The notes: generated from the sequence alone by a model not told the origin. A DNA stretch of 64,000 bases from Octopus sinensis (GCF_006345805.1 NC_043001.1:9052001-9116000); one strand, 5' to 3'; positions 1-12,842 are shown, counted from the stretch's first letter. Translations and numbers: made by a program.

Positions 1-4
1 GTAA

Positions 5-202
5 GGCAGCAGCGAGCTGGCAGTAAAGTTAGCATATACTGGACAAGATGCTTAGCAGAATTTCGAGCGCCTTTACGTTCTGATTTCAAATTCCTTTCGG
101 GGTTGACGAACTAAGTAACAATCAAGCGCCAGGGCCGGTTTAATCGATTCGTGCTTTCCACCCACACCCACATTTCAATGCTTGTGCCTATAGTAGAAAG
201 GA
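5..202 (+). mobile_element. Degenerate tRNA-derived SINE, family A monomer
   Basis: Head GGCAGCGAGCTGGCAG..GTTAGCA, partial core, tail CTTGTGCCTATAGTAGAAAGGATT; matches many other copies in the window. Confidence 0.7.
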
Positions 203-711
203 TTGTTATGTTTTTGTCTGAGATTAGTCGAGAGCGATGCTCATAGTCTTCACAAGCATTCCGAGACTGGCCAAATACCCATAGTTAATGTTCCTAAGGA
301 AAAGTTGGAAATCGAAGGCTATATGTTTCAAAAACAGTGTGTTAGAGTAATTCCGAGTCGACAAGAACTGGGTGTAATATTTGGGAAGGTGGAACCCAAA
401 TAATTAAAGACGTGTGAATCAAGGATGATTTAGTAGAGGTGATAAGAAACCAGACACTTAGGAGTGAAACAGTCAAATTATTTACGATAGAAAAGATGGG
501 AGACGGCACTGCAGTAAACCAGAGCCCGTATGGACAGGAGAATCTTAATACAAATCATTTAGATGGCTTCTCTTTGGTTGAGGCCTACAAAAGTATCAAC
601 ATCGCTGTTTCTTGCATTGTTGGTGTCCCTGACTGCGTAGAAAGACCGGACTGTAGTACCTGATGAAGTGGCTTTTGTATTTCTCTGTTCAACGGTATTT
701 TTGTTGTTGTT

Positions 712-1130
712 TCAGCCATTTGATTGCGGCCATGCATCACCTTGAATGCTATTTATTCGAATGGAGCGAATCTAGTACTAAACTTTTAAAAGCCTTTTAA
801 TTATTCCATCGGTTTCTTTTGCCGAACCGCTTGATGTAGGGGTCGTAAACAAACGAACAGTAATTATCAGGCGACCGTGGAGAACAAAGGCAAGAAGACA
901 CACAGAAAGGCAAACAAATACACACATACACACGCACAAACAGCACACACACGCATACACACAACACATATAAGTGTGTGTGTGTGTGTGTGTGTGTGCG
1001 TGTGTGTGCGTGCGTGCATATGTATTCGACGGGAATCTTTCATTTTCTGCCTACGAAAGCCACTCACGTGAGTTTGGTCGGCCTGAGGAGATAGTAGAAG
1101 ATACTCGGCTAAGGGGCCACATCTGCGCCT
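712..1130 (-). mobile_element. Degenerate SINE family B with internal CA/TG microsatellite
   Basis: Reverse-complement similarity to the full copy at 20705-21127. Confidence 0.65.
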
Positions 1131-1704
1131 CTATGAAATAATATCAAATAGTGTAGCTTTTCTATTTCCTCTCTAAACTCGAAATGACCCTAAACGAGCC
1201 CCATGGGGGACATCCACACCAAAAACTTAAACGAATGAATGATTGGCATCAAATTCCATAAACACTGCGGTTCCACGAATGTTTTAGATAGAAATCTAAG
1301 ATGGCAATAAAATAATTGATGAAAATATTTAAATGAAATGCAATTAAGTAATGATTGAACTGTTATAAACTGATGACAATAAAACATTTAAATGAGTTGA
1401 TAATAAAAGAACAAATGAAGCGAAATAGTAATAATGGTTGTGATAAAAAACCTGATAAAAAAAAAATTCGAATAAAGAGAATCACTAACGCGAGATATTT
1501 GTTCGCTCTGAATTATTAAAGATCATAGTCATATTCTGTAGGAAAACGGTCGAGTGAGTGAGAGAGAAAGGCAGAGAGGAAGAAGGGGAGGGAGAGAGGA
1601 AGAGGGAGACGGAGATGGTAGGGTGAGTGTGATGTCTTCCGCAGTTCGCTATTCGAGGAGAGAAAGCTATTTTTTTGCTTGGAACTAGCATGTTTCTGAG
1701 AGTC

Positions 1705-1885
1705 CCTGTAATTCAAAGGGCCAGCCTTGTCACATGGTTCCGTTTCACGTTGAATCCCACCGAGAACTATAGTTAAGGTACATGTGTCTGCGGAGTACTC
1801 GGCTACTTCCACGTTGATTTTGCGGGCAGGTTCTTTCCATTGACGGTTCAACTGGAACCATTTCCGTCGTAACCGACGGAGAACC
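1705..1885 (+). mobile_element. SINE 3' module (tail type C1)
   Basis: CCTGTAATTCAAAGGGCCAGCCTTGTCAC...GTCGTAACCGACGGAG matches the 3' half of 27339-27722. Confidence 0.7.
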
Positions 1886-2091
1886 AGTTGCGTTTCTGCG
1901 ATGTCCTGGTAGCTCCGATATATTTCACTAAATTTTACAGATTGAGTTCTCGTGTAATATTTCTGGAGGGGTGCGACCAGGCTAAATGTTCTTGTGTAAA
2001 ATCTTCCAAAGATGTAAAGGTGCAAAAGATCTGATCTTGAAGAATTCCATCGATGGTAGAATTGTTAGAGTGATGGAAACACGTTATGGAA

Positions 2092-2260
2092 ACGAAAGGC
2101 AAAGTCGACCTCGGTGGAATTTGAACTCAGAACGTAACGGCAGACGAAATTCCGGTGAGCACTTCGCCCGGCGTGCTAACGTTTGTGCCAGCTCGCCGTC
2201 TTAAAAATACCACTAAGCTTATCACCTGGCGTGCTAAAGTTTGTGCCAGCTCGCCGCCTT
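2092..2260 (-). mobile_element. SINE family A 5' fragment plus duplicated head piece
   Basis: GAAAGGCAAAGTCGACCTCGGTGGAATTTGAACTCAGAACG...GCCAGCTCGCCG. Confidence 0.75.
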
Positions 2261-2451
2261 TTTCGAGTACAAATAATGCACACAGATTGCCTATGGTTGC
2301 TTTCAACCACTTTTTCCCATTGGAGCCCTTCTGAGTCCTATTTTACTCCGATAGGTCCTCATAACCATTCCATGCTTAAAAAATCCTATAATATTAGGAA
2401 TTTCAAAAAATGTTATAATGTTTTGTGTATTAGAGAAATAAAACCAATATT

Positions 2452-2661
2452 TTACTCTCTCTTTACTTGTTTCAGTCATTTGACTGCGGCCATGCTGGAG
2501 CACCGCCTTTTAGTCGACCAAATCGACCCCGGGACTTATTCTTTGTAAGCCCAGTACTTATTCTATCGGTCTCTTTTGCCGAACCGCTAGGTGACAGGGA
2601 CACACCAGCATCACTTGTCAAGCAATGCTAGGGGGACAAACACAGACACACAAACACATAC

Positions 2662-2713
<52 letters not shown>

Positions 2714-2876
2714 GACAGGCTTCTTTCAGTTTCCGTCTACCAAATCCACTCACAAGGCATTGGTCGGCCCGGGGTTATAGCAGAAGACACTTGCCCAAGA
2801 TGCCACGCAGTGGGACTGAACCCGGGACCATGTGGTTGGTTAGGAAGCTACTTACCACACAGCCACTCCTGCGCCT
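2452..2876 (-). mobile_element. Full-length SINE family B
   Basis: On minus strand: A-box-like TGGCTGTGTGGTAAG, B-box-like GGTTCAGTCCC, CORE-like CTTGGGCAAGTGTCTT, internal (TA)n, tail AAGGCGGTGCTCCAGCATGGCCGCAGTCAAATGACTGAAACAAGTAAA. Confidence 0.9.
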
Positions 2877-4384
2877 ATGTACTAATTTTTTTACAAAATC
2901 TCATATGGGCCCTCAGGGGTCACATGGAGCCCCGTTGAGTACCACTGCTATATTATAGCTAGTCATTAACCAGGGTTTCAGCTTAAATAAAATAACATGA
3001 ACTGACTGTTTTGGTCGTAAATCAGTTAACAAAATAAACACAAGCACATAAGAATCAAGGTAAATGCTGGAGACTATAGGTGGCTTCAGATACTAGAAAT
3101 AGCAGTTAAATTCCCTATTCAACTCCCTTACAAAATCTGATGCGTAGGATACTCAATAATGGTGTTCTTTACAGTTAAGAACATTGTAGTGTGGATGGTG
3201 GCAGTAGTAGTGTCTTTGATCATGGATTTCAGAGTTGGTGAAGGCCTAAGCATCAACAACAAAACTAAAATTGGTCTACCGATGGGGATCCCACCACCTT
3301 AGCCATTAAACTTCGCTAAAGTGGTACAAGCCAACAGAACCAAATTACAGAATTACACCGGTTGTGCAATCGTCACATGAGCGACAGATGCGTGCTTTTA
3401 GAGAAATGTTCAGCATATTTCTCCTAAATTGGTGCGTTTAGTCGATAAAACCAAATTAATTGCATATCCTGTTTGTTACAAGTAAAATTGTTCTTTTTTC
3501 GGACAGTATATTAGTCCGTGTTTTCTTGCTTCAGTTCTTGTGCTATCTTCTTTAAACGAGTTTGAGACAAACGAAGCCTGTTACAGGCATTACCTACCGG
3601 AACAGTTCGTTTTGACAGGCTGCCAACTCTTTTGAATGAAACATGTTTTACTATTTCAATCCATTGTGTTGGGTGTTTCTTTAATTTTATAAATAACCCT
3701 GTTACTTTCTCGGTCTTCCGTGGATGCTTTACACTCGTTCCTTTGTTAGGTTCCAAACTAATTCTATAAATTATTTTAGGCATGAAGGATTTTATCTTAC
3801 GTTGGTTTCTCTTCCTTGTGAAATAATTCCTTTGGAATTCGATAGCCCTCTATATACGCAGTGTAACCACTCAAACAGAAAGCTAACGTTGATAAAGGTG
3901 AATTCAATAGCACAGCGTTAGGATATTCCAGCGTATTCAATATTGGGATAGCTGTTTTGGAAATCTTCTCTGGGCATTGTTAGATTTCATTATTGTCGAC
4001 TTATATAAGAAGAAAGGGGCTGATAAATTCGTTTATTTTATATAATAATACATGTGCAGCTTTGATGTAAAGTGCATTTGGGGTTAAAATCTTCAGAGGA
4101 AGAATATATATGAAGCGAGGTAAGAGTAAAGCTATTCTGTATCAATTACATTCACAAGTGTGTTTCATATTCGGTCTCTGACACATGTTGTATGATGTAA
4201 TTTCTCGGATAACATCCAGAAAAGAATGTCCAATGAAATACAATAAACAATGAAACATTTTTTTCCAATTCAGGAGTACATCTTTTGTAATATTTTCGCC
4301 TTATTACAAAGCAATCTCAACAATTTTCAAACTTGTCTCCCCAATTTTTTCCACCTCTTAGAGGTTTCCTTTCAGCCATATTAT

Positions 4385-5363
4385 CTATTTCTTTACTACC
4401 CACAGAGGGGACAAACAAGGACAGACAAACGGATTAAGTCGATTACATCGACCCCAGTGCGTAAATGGTACTTGATTTATCGACCCCGAAACGATGAAAG
4501 GCAAAGTCGACCTCGGTGGCTTTCAGTCATATTATCACCGATATTCTCTCCGCCACTTGTCTCTTCTAATAATTTCATATTTTGGCACAAGGCCAGCAAT
4601 TTCGGTATGGAGGGAATAAGTCGATTACATCATTCCCAGTGATCAACCGATATTTATTTTATCGACCCCGAATGAAAGAAAGACAAAGTTGTCCGTGGTG
4701 GCATATGAACTCCGAACGTAAAGTATTACTTCCCCACCTCACCATCATTCTTTTGTAATACCATTGCCAACGGATGGTAAGGAATCCAACGGAAGTCCAT
4801 TACTTTATCAACCTTGTCTCCCCAAATCTTGTCACCTCTTAGCAGTTTCCTTTCACACATATTATCAACGTCTTCAAACGGCCCTCTTGAGTGCTCTTGT
4901 CGAATAATGTACTGGTTTCAAATTTTTTGGCGCAAGGCCAGCAATTTTGAGGGAGAAGGCAATTCGATTACGTCAACACCAGTGCACAACTGGTATTCAT
5001 TTGATCGAATCCTAAAGGATAAAATCGAAAGTAAACCTCAACGAAATTTGAACTCAGAACGTAAAACCAGACGGAATACTGCTAAGCATTTCGCCCGGCG
5101 TGCTAACGATTCTACCAGTTCGATCCCTTGTTCTTGTTTAATAATTTATTGTTTTCAGATTCTGGCACAAGGCGAGTAAGTTCAAGGAAGGGGCTAAGCT
5201 GATTACACTGACCCCAGTGCTTAACTGGTACTTATTCTATCGACCCCGGGACAATGAAAGGTGAAGACGACACTGGTGACATTTAAGTTCCGAATATTAA
5301 ATCGGAAGAAATGCCGCTGAGCATTCTTCCCGGCCTACGAACAATTCTGCCAGCTCGCCGCCT
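4385..5363 (-). mobile_element. Cluster of about four head-to-tail SINE family A copies and fragments
   Basis: Repeated TGGCACAAGG tail, TCGACCCC core and GAACTC(A/C)GAACGTAA box at about 4385, 4580, 4920 and 5160. Confidence 0.8.
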
Positions 5364-5391
5364 CTTCTTGTCTAATATTGACATCATTTAA

Positions 5392-6153
5392 GGCAGCGAG
5401 CTGGCAGAAACGTTAGCACGCCGGGTGAAATTCTTAGCGGTATTTCGTCTGTCACTACGTTCTGAGTTCAAATTCCACCGAGGTCGACATTGCCTTTCAT
5501 CTTTTCGGAGTCGATTAAATAAGTAACAGTTACGTACTGGAGTCGATGTAATCGATTTAATTCGTTTGTCTGTCCTTGTTTGTCCCCTATATGTTTAGCC
5601 CCTTGTGGGTAGTAAAGAAATAAATATTTAGTCTGCCGCTACGTTCTGAGTTCAAATTCCACCGAGGTCGACTTTGCCTTTCATCCTTTCGGGGTCGATT
5701 AAATAAGTACCAGTTACGCACTGGAATCAATGTAATCGACTTAATCCGTTTATCTGTCCTTGTTTGTCCCCTCTATGTTTAGCCCCTTGTGGGTAGTAAA
5801 GAAATAAGTATTTAGTCTGCCGCTACGTTTTGAGTTCAAATTCAGCCGAGAGCGACTCTGCCTTTCATCTTTTCGGAATCAATTAAATAAGTACCAGTTA
5901 CGCACTGGGGTCGATATAATCGACTTAATCCGTCTGTCTGTCCTTCCTTGTCTCTTCTGTGTTTAGCCCCTTGTGGCTAGTAAAGAAACAGGTATTTAGT
6001 CTGTCTTTAAGTTCTGAGTTCAAATTCGCCGAGGTCAAATTTACCTTACATCCTTTCGAGATTGATAAATTAAGAACCAGTTGCTTACTGGGGTTGATCT
6101 AATCGACTGGTCCCCTCCCAAAAATGTCGGGTCTTCTGCCTAGAGTAGAAAAG
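5392..6153 (+). mobile_element. SINE family A tetramer (one head, four cores, three internal tail-1 modules, terminal tail-2)
   Basis: About 183-bp unit repeated; degenerate 18-bp TSD AATATTGACATCATTTAA (5374-5391) / AACATTGCTATCATTTAA (6154-6171). Confidence 0.9.
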
Positions 6154-6897
6154 AACATTGCTATCATTTAATATAACTCCATTTACCCCCTACTGTAAAT
6201 TTGTGACTCTTTTTTTTAACCTGGCAACGAGATAAAGAAAATGTATTTTCGAAGTTTCCTTGAAGAATTATGTTTGGCTGAAATTCATCGAATATTTTAA
6301 TTTTAAATGAGATATTATGATGACTTATCTGCAATCATTTCGAGTTAACTTATCAATTATGTGGAACATTAACGAATAAAGTTATAAATTGTCTAAAATG
6401 ATGATAATACAGAATGTAATTTGACAGATTGAAGGAATTTATAAATCTTCAGTAGAAATCAGTGCATATTTGATATTATTTCTGCGATAATTACTGCTAA
6501 AAAGAACCTTCCAACACGGTAGAAGATATATGGGTGTAGTCATTACGGCACCATTCATTTAGTGTCGCTCATCCGACGCCGATTTATTTGATAGACATTT
6601 TTATATGTCTCTCAATCTCTCCCTCCGCCATCTTGCACTCGGGCTCTCTCTCTCTCTCTCTCTCTCCCTCTCCCTGCCTTTCTCTCCTCGCACCTCTCTC
6701 TCACTCTCTGAGCTTTAATGGAGGAGATTAATCCTTGTACTAATTTTTAAATCTGTCTCTCTTTCTGTTGGTCCCTTTCTGTCGAATCACTAATTTACGA
6801 TGATGTAAGTAAAGCAACACCGTCTATAAAACGATGGTAGGTATACAATCGCAGACACAAATTCACATACGCACACACATATACATAGACTCATATA

Positions 6898-7406
6898 CGA
6901 GGGTGAGTCAAAAAGTAATGCCATTTTGTTTAGTACAGGTACAATTACCAACACAGGAACATGTATCATGCATCAAAATGAAGCTGGTGCTCTATGGATC
7001 ACATCCCTACTTTTCAATATAGTCACCGTTTCTCTCAATAGTAATGTTCCACCATTGAGAGCATGTATCCCTGCCCCATAAAATTCTGTTCTTTGAGCCT
7101 CTTCGCTACAGTTTTCACTTCATCCTCACTGGAATAAGGTTTGCTTCTCAAACCCTCTTTCATAGGGCCGAAGAGATGATAGTCCAGTGACGAGGAAGTG
7201 AAAACTGTAGTGAAGAATTGGCTCAAAGAACAGTCAACAGAATTTGACGGGGCAGGGATACATGATCTCATTCAAAGGTGGGACATTTGAGAAGTAGGGA
7301 TGTGATCCACAGAGGACCAGCTTCATTCTGATGTGTGATACATGTTCCTGTGCTGGTAATTATACCTGTCCTAAACAAAAGGGTATTTCGTTTTGACTGA
7401 CCCTCG
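6898..7406. mobile_element. Mariner-derived fold-back MITE
   Basis: TA on both flanks; ends CGAGGGTGAGTCAAAA / TTTTGACTGACCCTCG; long inverted arms; transposase C-terminal remnants on both strands (DYHLFGPMKEGLR..Y.SEDEVKT on minus, SDEEVKTVVKNWLKEQSTEF..GIHDLIQRW on plus). Confidence 0.9.
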
Positions 7407-7467
7407 TATACAAACACACACACACACACTTATATATATGCTCATATATGTATATATATATATATAA

Positions 7468-7538
7468 GTGGGTAGCAGAACGCTTAGGGAATCGAACTCT
7501 ACGTCTCAAATTCTAGTCGAATGCTCTGTATCACTGAA
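7468..7538 (-). mobile_element. tRNA-like SINE head (family E), inverted partner of 8542-8616
   Basis: Reverse complement matches 8547-8616; B-box-like GTTCGATTC and TCGA-CTAGAAT-T(C/T)GA anticodon-like arm. Confidence 0.55.
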
Positions 7539-7542
7539 GTGG

Positions 7543-7704
7543 GGCTTCCATATAGTTTCCGTCTACCAAATTCACTCATAAAATTTTGGTCCAGCCAAGG
7601 CTATAATAGAAGACGCTATCCTAAGCTTCCATTCAGTGGAACCGAACTCAAAACCCCCACGGTTGCTAAGCGAATCGCTTAATCACATAGCCACGCCAGC
7701 GCCT
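7543..7704 (-). mobile_element. SINE family B 5' half, degenerate
   Basis: GTTTCCGTCTACCAAATTCACTCA...CACATAGCCACGCC. Confidence 0.7.
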
Positions 7705-8065
7705 GATGTAGTGAATGAATGCAAATAAAAACATGAACAACGAGACGTCTCTATTGCAGAATTAGTAAATAGAACTCAAGGTAATTTGTGATGGCCTGCA
7801 TTGGGAAATCTTGAATAAGGTTGAAGTAGAGAATAGGAAACGCCTAACATTTTGGGAAGGTATCTATCAAAGATTCTATGATAAATGAGGTTTCCTCTTC
7901 ATCGCAACAAACCAATTTCTTCACTTTTCACGTTTTATATTATATTGACGAAGAAGCCAGGTGAGTAGTTTGTAAATATATTATTCGAATATCCTAAAGC
8001 TATTATTTAGGGTTATAAAAGACAGTACTTGTTGTCGAAAATCGCCTAACTCAGTGGCGCAGGTA

Positions 8066-8541
8066 GAGGCGCAATGGCCCAGTGGTTAGGGCAGCGGACT
8101 GGCGGTCGGAGGATCGCGGTTATTCGTCTGCCGTTACGTTCTGAGTTCAAATTCCGCCGAGGTTGACTTTGCCTTTCATCCTTTCGGAGTCGATAAATTA
8201 AGTACCAGTTACGCACTGGAGTCGATGTAATCGATTTAATCCGTTTATCTGTCCGTGTTTGTCCCCTCTGTGTTTAGCACCTTGTGGGTAGTAAAGAAAT
8301 ATATATGTAAGACGGCAAGCTGGCAGAATCGTTAGTATGCCGGGTGAAATGCTCAGCGGTATTTCGTCTGCCGCTACGTTCTGAGTTCAAATTCCGCCGA
8401 AGTCGACTTTGCTTTTCATCCTTTCGGGGTCGATAAATTAAGTGCCAGCTACGCACCGGAGTCGATATAATCGACTTAATCCGTTTGTCTGTCCTTGTTT
8501 GTCCTCTCTGTGTTTAGCCCCTTGTGGGTAGTAAAGAAATA
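8066..8541 (+). mobile_element. Chimeric SINE: family C head fused to a family A unit, followed by a full family A copy
   Basis: GAGGCGCAATGGCCCAGTGGTTAGGGCAGCGGACT..GGATCGCGGT joins TATTCGTCTGCCGTTACGTTCTGAG at about 8120; second A head at about 8310. Confidence 0.85.
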
Positions 8542-9680
8542 TAACTCAATGTTACAGAACATTCGACTAGAATTCGAGACGTAGGGTTCGATTCTCTAAG
8601 CGTCCTGCTAGACACTTTTTTCCCGTCTTCTATGAGTATTTATTCGATCTTCTTAGCTGTTTTTACAACTCTCCTCCGTTCGAGATTACTGTTATTTTCC
8701 GTAATATAATGATAGAGATTTTGAAATATTCTTTAAATATAAAATTGGTGATATTAAATCCTTTCTTTGTAATCCCAGTTAAGATGGACTGGAATGTCAG
8801 AATGAGCGACAGTAAAATTCCAAAGGTTCTCGTGTGTAGCCAGTTCCATGATAGGAGAAGCGTAAGAAGACCATGGGTCTGAAAGGCTGCGTTTTCCCGT
8901 CACGATGCCGTGATTTTATCTGCAAGATTTTATCTGCAAGATTTTATCCCGGGACCCAAATCCACAGATGAGACCCCACATGACATGTCGTTCGTTGCTA
9001 TAACAATTTCGGTTCTCCAATAGACTGACCAGTTGTTATTTAAGTATCTACCCCGAAACGATAACGAAGGTGATCTTAAACGTATTTGAACTCTGTTCGT
9101 AGATAACCGCACAAATACCATAAGACATTTCAATTCGACGCATCAGCGACTCATCCAGTTTACCAATTTGACGGGTAATTCTTATGGAGACAAAACAAAA
9201 CAAAGATTTTTCGTTTGTTTTTGAAAAAAAATCCTCTGCTCAATTATGCATTTGATAAGCGTCCGGCTCCAGCTAAACGATTGAATATCTCTCGATGCAA
9301 CGGTTACTCTCTCTCGCTGTGCTGTACGATTCCGATGGCATACAATATGTTTTGTGTTCATCTCGGATATTCCTTATCTGCTATTCCTTAAAATAGCACT
9401 ATTTTCTCGTTGATACGTTTATCTCTTCAGTTGCTAGGAACGATGAAGCATAGAAATGTTATTGCAGTATAGCATTATATGATATTGGTTATCAGAGCAG
9501 CAACGGTTTACTATGATCTGTTCGTAGGTCCACAATACGATTAATAACAGGAAACGTACCCCCACTCAATGCATAAGTACATACATACGTACACACACAC
9601 AAATATATACAAATATACATATATGTATATATATATGCAAACATACAAATTCATACATAAATACATACATATATGTGCGT

Positions 9681-9722
<42 letters not shown>

Positions 9723-10114
9723 ATATGTATATGAGAGAGAGAGAAAGAGAGAGAAATGGGAGAGGAAATCTGATTGCACCTGTAGTTTAGCCATGGTATT
9801 TGTTGGATTATAAGAATGGAGGAAAGGATATCAATTTCAGATATTAATTTTCTAGCTGATTTCAGCTACACGTAGCCGACGAAAATGTTTCATGTATTTT
9901 ATAAAGATGTTCATATTTCATGAAAGACCAGATAAAAACAGGACCACGATTTAATGACACACGTGATTTGTTTCTAATATTTTTAGTGTTGTTTCAATGC
10001 AAATAAAACAAGCTTTGCTGTAACGAAAAGGTATATAAATATCTAAAAATATCTGAATAACGTCAATAATAATTCTTCAGCAGATACAAACATTGGTAAG
10101 AGCCAAACCTGGAA

Positions 10115-10322
10115 CCTATTTCTTTACTGCCCACATGGGACTAAACAAAGAGAGGACAAACAAGGACAAGTAAACGGATGAAGTCGATTACATCGACCCC
10201 AGTGCGTAACTGGTACTTATTTAATAAACCCCGAAAGGATGAAAGGCAAAGTCGACCTCGGCGGATTTGAACTCAGAACGTAACGGATTAAGTCGATTAT
10301 ATCGACCGCAGTGCGTAACTGG
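10115..10322 (-). mobile_element. SINE family A unit, headless
   Basis: Tail-1 and core sequences present. Confidence 0.8.
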
Positions 10323-10399
10323 TGGTGGTGGTGGTTGTAGTGGCGGTGATGGTGGTGGTAGTAGTAGTGGTGGTGGTGGTGGTAGTAGTGAAGGTGGCG

Positions 10400-10432
<33 letters not shown>

Positions 10433-10450
10433 ATACTAGTAGTAGTAGTA
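10320..10450. repeat. (GGT)n/(AGT)n microsatellite
   Basis: Direct reading. Confidence 0.9.
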
Positions 10451-10524
10451 AGAGAGTGTAAATGACAGCGGGGTAGTTATGGAGGTTGTTACACAAATGG
10501 GAAATTTGTTTTCTCTTTTCTTTA

Positions 10525-10892
10525 TTGTTTTAGTCATTAGACTGTGGCCATGCTGCAGCACCGCTTTGAAGTACTTTTGCTCGAATGAATCGACCTCAGT
10601 ACTAAATTTCTTCAGCTTAATACTTATTTTATCCATCACTTTTGCGGAAACGCTTAGTTACGCGGACGTAAACAACATAACACCGGTTGTCAAACGGCGG
10701 AGGTGACTAACACAGACACAAATATACACACACGCGTACACATCTATACATATATATATACAGCGGTTTTCTTTCACTTTCCATTTACCAAATTCCCTCG
10801 CAAAACTTTGCCTAAGTTTCCACGCATTGGGACTGAACCCGGAACCATGTGGTTCTGAGACAAGCTTCTTACCACACAGCCAAGCCTGCGCC
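10525..10892 (-). mobile_element. SINE family B, diverged
   Basis: Tail (AGTCATTAGACTGTGGCCATGCTG) and head (GGGACTGAACCCGGAACCATGTGGTT) both present. Confidence 0.8.
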
Positions 10893-11264
10893 TATAATTT
10901 CGAGGTAATAAATATTTTTCTTGAAGTAGGCGAGGTAATATAATCGTTAGCACGGCGAGCAAAATGCTTAGCGACATTTCGTCCGTCATTTTGTTCTGAG
11001 CTCAAAATCCGTTGAGAGCAATTTTGCCCTCCAACCTTTCAGTATCGATTCCATGAAATAAGTAGCAGTTCAGTACTGGAGGTCGATGTGATCAACTTAC
11101 ACCTTCCCTCGAACTAGTTAATCTTTTGCCAAAATTTGGAACTAATAAATATTCTTTCTATAGAGGTTAGTATTAAGTTCATTATTTCTATAACTACCAA
11201 GAAATTGCTTAAAAGCCAAATTATAAATGTCGTATGTTTGCTATTTTACATCATTCTACCTATA

Positions 11265-11893
11265 TTCTTTACTATTCTAGGAAGAGTGCCCGAAATTTGA
11301 TGGTGGGCGAGTCCGTGGATTTGATCGACCCCAGTACACAACTGGTACTTAATTTATCGACCCCAAAAGAATGGAAGGCAAAGTCGACCTCAGCGGAATT
11401 TGAGATCAGAACGTAAAGACATACGAAATACCTATTTCTTTACTACCCACAAGGGGCTAAACCCAGAGAGGACAAGCAAGGACAGACAAACAGATTAAGG
11501 CGATTATATCGACCTCAGTGCGTAACTAGTACTTATTTAATCGGCCCCGAAATTATGAAAGACAAAGTCGACCTCGGCGGAATTTGAACTCAGAACGTAG
11601 TGGCTGACGAAATGCCGCTCAGCATTTCAACTGGCGTGCTAATGCCTCTGCCAGTTCGCCGCCTTTGCTTCCACCTGTATTATTTTCTAGTCTAGGCACA
11701 AGGCCCTAAATTTGAGAGGAGAGGGCCAGTCGATTAAATCGACCTCAGTACATAACTGGTTCTTAATTTATCGACTTTGAATGGATGAGAGGCAAAGTTG
11801 ACAACGGTGGAATTTGAACTCAGAAAGTAAAGACAGACGAAATACCGCTAAGTATTTCGCCCGGCGTGCTGACGCCTCTACATGCTCGCTACC
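11265..11893 (-). mobile_element. Tandem SINE family A dimer plus monomer
   Basis: Heads end at about 11663 and 11893; a shared spacer motif TT(C/T)(T/C)ACCT(A/G)TA occurs at 11254, 11669 and 11899. Confidence 0.85.
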
Positions 11894-12842
11894 TTCGATT
11901 TTACCTGTAGTGGCAACAGAATATTTCCAAAGTTACCCTGATGAATGGCGGTTCAATAATATATGCCTCTTATTATAATATAAAATAAATAATGTAGGCT
12001 TTTTATTTACTCACAACGGCATTCTGAGTTATACACAGCGTTAATTTGTATTTGAATACCTTTTATGTATAATTTTATCCGTTAGAAGTAACATATTTGC
12101 ATAATCTTTCGTTATTTATGTTTTTGATGTTTGCTTGCATACCAATGGTTACTTTTTCAATTTCCTGGCGCCGATGTTAAACAAGGCGGTGTTTCAAACT
12201 AATTTATCAATATTCAAAGTTTACTTATCATATCTGTGGAATCATTGCTGTTACGTTTGCAAAAGAATTCAGGCTGGCAGATATGCAATACACGAACAAA
12301 CCAGTTGCATCACGTGTCAATATTTTTAATGAAATTAATACTCTGAAATATATTTCATTACTCGGCTATATGTAAATGTCATTTCAGTTTAGAAGCTGTG
12401 TTATGTTAACGTAGAGAAATATTAAGACAAGTACGAAGCCGTCTTCACCAATGTTTATTTATAACACTAAACATGATTAATTTGCATAACGCTCGATTTG
12501 GAAAATTTGTTATAAGTAGGAAGCAAAAATATAGAATTTCAAAGAATAAGATCTGAAATATTTCTAAATTAAAACATAGGTGACAGTTACGACAGAGTTA
12601 ATCACTTAAAGAGACAGTTGAAGTTTGAATATAAACTCATCCAAGTTTCTTTACAGAAACATTGTTCTCCGTCTGCAATACGTTGTAACCCACAAGACAC
12701 CGCAATTCCGTTTTATAGAAACAGCAAGTGGTTTCAAACTTTTCCCGTGAAAATTTCAGTTGCGAAAATAAAACTTTTCTGCTGTAATTCGTACAGCTTA
12801 TCACACACTAACGTCGCAGATGCTTAGCAGAATATTATCAAA

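Noticed and set aside
203-663. Two short non-repetitive ORFs
   Set aside because: No recognisable domain or splice pattern. Small host exons here or elsewhere cannot be excluded without RNA-seq.
3511-3921. Lys-rich ORF pair, possible transposon remnant
   Set aside because: No motif recognised.
10267-10461. Gly/Ser-rich ORF
   Set aside because: SINE fragment plus (GGT)n/(AGT)n repeat.
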